Positions 58,279 to 64,000 of a DNA stretch of 64,000 nucleotides are shown piece after piece. The DNA comes from Vermamoeba vermiformis. Lineage: Eukaryota. Under the pieces are notes generated by a model. It was not told the DNA's origin and did no database searches. It was given only the letters and a program-made list of their open reading frames with translations. The stretch lies in assembly GCA_045837725.1 (NCBI GenBank), contig JBEWZL010000124.1, positions 434,001 to 498,000 on the forward strand, given 5' to 3'. The translations under genes and the position numbers were made by a program. Within the stretch, counting starts at the first letter, position 1. Each line of letters begins with the position of its first letter.

Positions 58279-60678
58279 TCAGAGTTCGTCTTTGATTTCT
58301 GCCACATTCTGCACCTTAGTTAATTCGATTGCATTTGCGATGAAGTCGATGATTTTTTCTTTATCGAAGAGGGCAAGGCTATGCTCGCTCAGTGTATTTC
58401 CGGCAAATCTTGCTTTCAGTGTTGCCCCACAGCCATATTCATCACTGTTCAACTGCAGGGTGAGTGAATTTGCAATGTCATATCCACCGGATAGGTCGAC
58501 AAAGTACAAATCCACATTGGAATTTTGAAAAAACTCAGCAACTTGACGAAGCAATGCTCGCTGTGCCACTGATAGTACACGAGAATAGCCAAGGGCCAGG
58601 TAGATGCTCAATTTGACCGATGTGAGTCGTTCAAACTCGTATATTTGAATCTTCTTCCAATGAGTATCTAGTTGTATAGTCGGAAGACTAGGTATGTAAT
58701 TGTTTAATGTAGACGCTATTTCATGCTCATCCATCTCCCATTCTTTTTCCTGCCTGTCAGCATTATTAGGTAGATTGCAGGTTCAATCAGCCTGATTGTG
58801 AGAGCTCGCTAAGAAGTGTTCAATAAATCGCAAGCAAGGCTCCACGCAATATCGCTGCGATAACCTATAATCGTCATTAGCGATTTCTAACTACGGATCT
58901 GTTGCGTACATCAATGCTTCAGGCAGAATATCTACGTTACTAATATCGCACTGGTCCAAATACAAGTACTTGATTAACCACAGCACCGCTGTAAATAGTG
59001 TTAGTGAGCTGTAGGTACGTCTGTGGTGCTTAGAATTTACCTTCATATGAACAATCGTCTATTGTCAGAGTGCTTTCGTTCGTCTCTTTGAAGCCACCCT
59101 AGGGTCGAAGGTAAGCTCGAAATTAATTAAGTTTGTACTAGGTGGACGTACCTGGTACATGGCCCTAAAGTACTCGCTGCGGGCACACAAGATCATTTTG
59201 TGACAATAAATCTCTTTGCGCTTCTTCTTCTTTTTTTTCGAGAGGACAACTACGGTCAAATCGCTCATAAAGTTAAGATTGAACAGACGATCGAACTTGG
59301 TTTCAAACTCTTCCACTGGCTCGTTCTGCGTCTGTTGTAAGCCATTTAATGCTGCTTTCTGTTTCTTACCTTCAGCACGGGCAACAATGTAAACACTTCC
59401 CATCGCTTGATGACCGCGAGGTACTCTTCGTTAGTTATTTTGGAATCACTAACACGCATTAGAAACGAGACGTGGATTGTTATGTTGGTGACTTACCGCT
59501 CGAATTTGCCAGTGTAGACGTATTTCAATACGTTTAGCATGGCTGCGTGTTTAATGGAAGATTCAAGGACGATCTCTTTGTCCTCCTGTCAAAAGTGTCA
59601 AAAAGCGTCACTCGAAGACAGCTGTTACGCACCAGTTTGATGCGCTCCATAAAGCTCGGGAATCGAGAAAAGAGAATTGACTCTAAGGCATAATTAGAGC
59701 ACAGTTTGACGAGAGTCTATTTGCAGCGATACTTACTGTGTACGTAGATTGGTGTGTTCTCAGCAACGAGTGTCAGGTCCGAGTACTTGTTGTTGAATAG
59801 ATGGGTCATGATATCATTGATCTATGTACGATGTAAATATAATAACTTTGGCCAAAGGTGACACGTACCATGGTAGAGGGCTTGAGCGGTGGAATTTCCA
59901 ACTTCGGATTGGGTTTCTTATAGGTGCCTTGTTGCTTCATCAACTCGATTTGTTTGTACGTTTTGATCTCGCGTACAAGCGCAACGATTGCCTCCCGAAT
60001 ATTGACAGAGGTGAGTGCTGAAGTTGAAATGAACGGCACTCTCCAGCTACGTGCCACTGCCTCGCCTTCTTCGCGAGTAACAGCTCGTGCTATAGATAGG
60101 TGTTAGTAACGTAGTTATTAAAAGTTAGTGTATTACGTATTCTTACCTGGCTCTAAATCGCAATGGGTCTCGATTAAAATCATCGGAAATTGCTCTTTTT
60201 GCACTATTCGCAGCACATTCGTGCGTGTCTGTTCGATTTCTGCGAAAGAGCTTCTGCTCGTCATATTGTATGCGATCTGTAACGGTGTTAGCCAGATCCG
60301 ACATCGTAACTAATATTCCGTACAACAATGCCGTCGAGACCTTTAATCATGTGCTCAATAGCTGGCACCATAAGTGGTTCGTATTCATCGATCAAATGGA
60401 TGTCATGATTAAGCACGACCGTGTAGTCTTCACCGTCGATCCGCTCAATCCTACTCCAATCTGCGCTCGTTAAAATTTATATTAAATTGGGCCAAGACAT
60501 ACGTTCTTCTACCGTGGGGTTGTAACTATCTGGGTGACCGTCAATAATTTTAAAAAATAAACTAAATATTGAATTTTATTTTCCGACCTATCCAGTGGTC
60601 CCACAAGTATCTCGATTCAATCGCTGATTTTCCACATCGTGAACTGCCAATGAAAGAAATTTGAAATTTTTTGTTCAT
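58279..60678 (-). CDS. Atypical Ras-like GTPase fused to two BTB/POZ domains
   Basis: GSSRCGKS P-loop, YNPTVEE, VPFISTSAL; BTB motifs YSDLTLV and MSDLTVVV...CHKMILCARSEYFRAM. Confidence 0.8.
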
Positions 60679-60967
60679 CAAAGCGGAGGTGCTTTGTTGG
60701 AGATTAAAAATTGAATTGGACGGTTAACCTCCCAAGGCTACATGCAACCTTGCAGCTGTTTGACCTTTCGTCTTCGAATTTCTTAAAGAAAGCCCAAAGG
60801 CGAGAAGTCACGCGATCCACCTGCTTTTTTGCCTTTTTAGGCTACGCTAAACCTGGAGACCTTGCTATCTCCGGAATTTCGGGTTTCATTTCCGAATTTT
60901 CGGCTGGAGCTCAAGGCTTTATTCTTAACAGTCGCCATGAGCGTTATTTTAAGATTTATTCGAGAGG

Positions 60968-62024
60968 ATGGCAGCAAATGCCGTTAAAATTTTGCACGTT
61001 CCTGGGGCGATCGCGCTGCTGGTGAGCATCGCAGTTACTCGCGGCGTAGCATTCATATTCGGCAGATTAATGTCCCGACCTTCTGTGCCAGTGCTACAGA
61101 CTATCAAGCTGTCGCACTATTGCGAGAAAGCTAGATGGGCACTCGATCTGTGTGAAGTTACCTTCAAAGAAGAGAGTAAGTTTCGCTACACTTATATTAC
61201 CTTAAATTATTATGTTTTTCTTCGCGTCTAACTAAGTGCACAGCGCATCCGCCATTATTGCACCATCCTTATTTGTCGATGGCAACACGAGGCAAGACCA
61301 CACAAACACCAGTGCTCAGGCTACCAAACAAGACAGTTATAGGCTCGGGGTAAGTGACTTTGATAAGGGCTTACGGGCACGTGATCAAATCTAACGCGTG
61401 CTGTCCAGATCCATTTTGCGGCACTTGAGCGAACAAGGCCACGAGTGGTTGTACCCCAACGAACAAGTTGCTGAGCTCGAGCAGTATTTTGACAAGGAGC
61501 TCGGTCCTAACTCTCGCCGCATCGTGTATCATTACCTCTTCAAAGACAAAGTCGGCAGCAAGACAATCAAAGAGACGTGGGCCAAGAAGTACACGTACGA
61601 GTGGGAGAGTAGCTGGCTCAAAGTATTGTTCCCCAGCATATCCTTGTTGATGGGCTTGGGACTCAATTGCTCAGCAAAGGGTTGTCAGCAAGGAATAGTG
61701 ACAGTCCGTGCAATATTTGATCGTGTCGAAGCACTGCTGAGCGATGGTCGGAGGTACTTGGCCAACACTGAACGCATCTCAGCTGCGGACATTACATTCG
61801 CTGCATTGGGCTATCCACTCGTCATGCCGCCGCAATTCTCCGAGATAGCATTCCCTTATTCACCAGAACTGATGCCGCAAGAGCTGTACGATCTCGTTGC
61901 CGAGTTCCGCGCTCGTCCTGCTGGTCAAGTAAGCACTCAGAACCGAAGCGGAATAATACTAACTCGATTTTCATAGTTCATATTGCGAATGTATAATGAA
62001 GAGCGAATAAAAGAAATTGTGTGA
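60968..62024 (+). CDS. Glutathione S-transferase-like protein with N-terminal hydrophobic anchor
   Basis: LSHYCEKARWALD, TPVL, LLSDGRRYL, ISAADITFAAL, FRARPAGQFILRMY. Confidence 0.82.
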
Positions 62025-62194
62025 ACAGTAAAATTAGGTACCAAATACAAGATCCAACTTGACCACCAATGATGTAGAAAATCTTATGTACTATAAATTC
62101 AGAAAATGATCTTCAATTTGTAAAATAAGTTTTCCTAGTTCATTAGTCTTTTTTTGTCAAAATGGTATTAAAGTTATTAATTTACTGACCGCAT

Positions 62195-64000
62195 TTACAA
62201 CGGCAAAGAGTTGTTAGGCTTGTTGATATCAAATGAAACAAAGGCTTCAACAGCTTCGTACTCGGGCAAACCAAGCTGATCGTACAACTTGGCCGTGGCT
62301 CTGTTACGTGCTTCAGCGCGCACCCAGAACTCGCGCTTGTCACCACCAGGGAACGGCGCGGTGTCTTTTTGAGATTGGTGCTTGAAGATTGCGAAGCCTG
62401 CACGCGATTGGTCAGAATTTGAGAGGACAATAGAGGCGAGTAAGACTTACGCTTTTGTTCGAGTTCCTGAGGGCTCATAGGGATGGCCATTTCAATGTCC
62501 TCAGGGTCCCATTCTTGCCAAGCACCGCGGTACAACCACAACTGGCAATCTTTGAACCATTCCTCGGTCTTAATGACGTGCAAGGCCTTCATGACAGCTT
62601 GCAAGCAGACACGGTGAGTGCCGTGAGGATCGGACAAATCTCCGGCAGCGTAGATCTGGTGAGGCTTGACCTTGCGCAACAATTCAGCGACGATTCTGAC
62701 GTCCTCTTCGCCCAAAGGCTTCTTCTTGACGGTACCAGTCTCGTAGAACGGCAATTCGCAGAAATGAATGTTTTCGGGTTGAACACCAGTGTAACGAGCG
62801 GCGGATCTAGCTTCAGTAGAGCGGATCAACGACTTAATTTTGCGGATCTCAGCGCTGTCGACTTGACCAGCAGACTTGGTGTCCAAGAAATGTTCAACGC
62901 CTTGTTCAATCTTTTGGAAGCCTTCAACATTGCCCATGTTGAACTGCTTGGCGAATTCAGTAGCGAAGTTAGCAAATCGGCGAACATCGTCGTCCCACAC
63001 AGCAATATCACCGCTAGTTTGGTAAGCAACGTGAACCTTGAATTAAAATGATTGGTCAGAAATCTCCGATTCAGATGCAGATCTGGTACTTACAATGTGG
63101 CCTTGTTCAACGAGACGGATCATAGTACCACCCATGCTAATAACGTCATCATCAGGGTGAGGACTGAAGATCAACACGCGCTTAGGGAAGATTTGGTTCT
63201 TGATGTTAGGGTTGACTTCAGGGTTGATGTGCTTGTAGCCCTCGAGCACGTAGTCAGTGGGAATACGAGTGGTCGTGCCGCCGAACTTGAGCTTGGGGAG
63301 CTGTTGACCGGAGTTAATAAACTCTTGGCTAGGCTTGCCTCCAGGCCAGCCGGTGATAGTGGACTTCAAGTAGCTGAACACTTTGACGTTCAACTTGTGC
63401 ACGGGGCCGTGTTTGTTCAACAAAGAGGTCAAATTAGCTTCAATGTAGTCGTCTTCAGTCAACTTCAACAAGGGCTTGTTCGTGTGCAAAGAGAGCCAAA
63501 TAACGGCACGACGCATCGTGCGCTCGTCGAAGTCTAACTGGTAGTTGCTACTGTTGCCGATCAACAACCAAGGTGACTTGATGCGGGTCAATTGTGTGGC
63601 GGCGGGCATGTCCAAGACCACTTGTGAGTTGGGGTGTTCTTGCAAAAAGCTGGCAGCTACATTGCGGTCAACTGGACCCTCAACAGCTTTCTTGACGATG
63701 TTAGCTGCGAGACACAAGACATTAGCACTGCGCTCTCGGTCCTACTATAATATCATATGCACCTACATTTGCCTTCAGAGAATGCCAGCATGAAGATCTT
63801 CTTGGCGGAGAGAATAGTGCCGACACCCATAGTAATGGCACGACGAGGAACAGCTTCCAAATTGAAGAACTACGTAACATAACGTGAGCTCATTGTAATT
63901 TAAGCTATTTAAAGGACTTACATCGCTAGCAGCATCCAAACGAGTAACTTTGTCGAGATACAACAAACGAGTAATGCTCTTGTTGCTCGATCCAGGCTCG
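62195..64000 (-). CDS. nagB: Glucosamine-6-phosphate deaminase fused to PIG-L/LmbE-like domain; 5'-truncated by window
   Basis: TRLDAASD, AITMGVGTI, ASFLQEHPN (NagB); FSPHPDDDVISMGG, AAGDLSDPHGTHRVC, WLYRGAWQEW, IFKHQSQKD. Confidence 0.92.

Noticed and set aside
58745-58815. Third GC-AG intron in the Ras-BTB gene
   Set aside because: An intron is needed here, but the donor and acceptor cannot be assigned unambiguously

Overview
Gene-dense eukaryotic nuclear DNA with short spliceosomal introns (mostly ~45-70 nt) and very short intergenic gaps. Gene content (RasGEF-RGS, Ras-BTB, Abp1/drebrin-like, NagB-PIG-L) and the presence of minor-class introns suggest a free-living protist, probably an amoebozoan; this is inference. 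About 31 protein-coding loci were reconstructed by manually splicing the ORF track. No rRNA, tRNA, CRISPR array or transposase was recognised. The strongest unexplained signal is a 12-bp palindrome, TGACACGTGTCA, with 11 perfect copies (9 intronic) plus many near-copies. Other highlights: two U12-type introns (MAPK and CaMK genes); a stand-alone 96-aa ASDURF-like prefoldin microprotein gene largely missed by the ORF track; an intronless tandem pair of SAM-like/LRR orphans, one frameshifted; an archaeal-type SBDS gene followed by interleaved inverted repeats; and a +1 frameshift in a mitochondrial-type ThrRS. CDS coordinates are outer start/stop limits of multi-exon models, and family calls come from motif recognition, not database searches.
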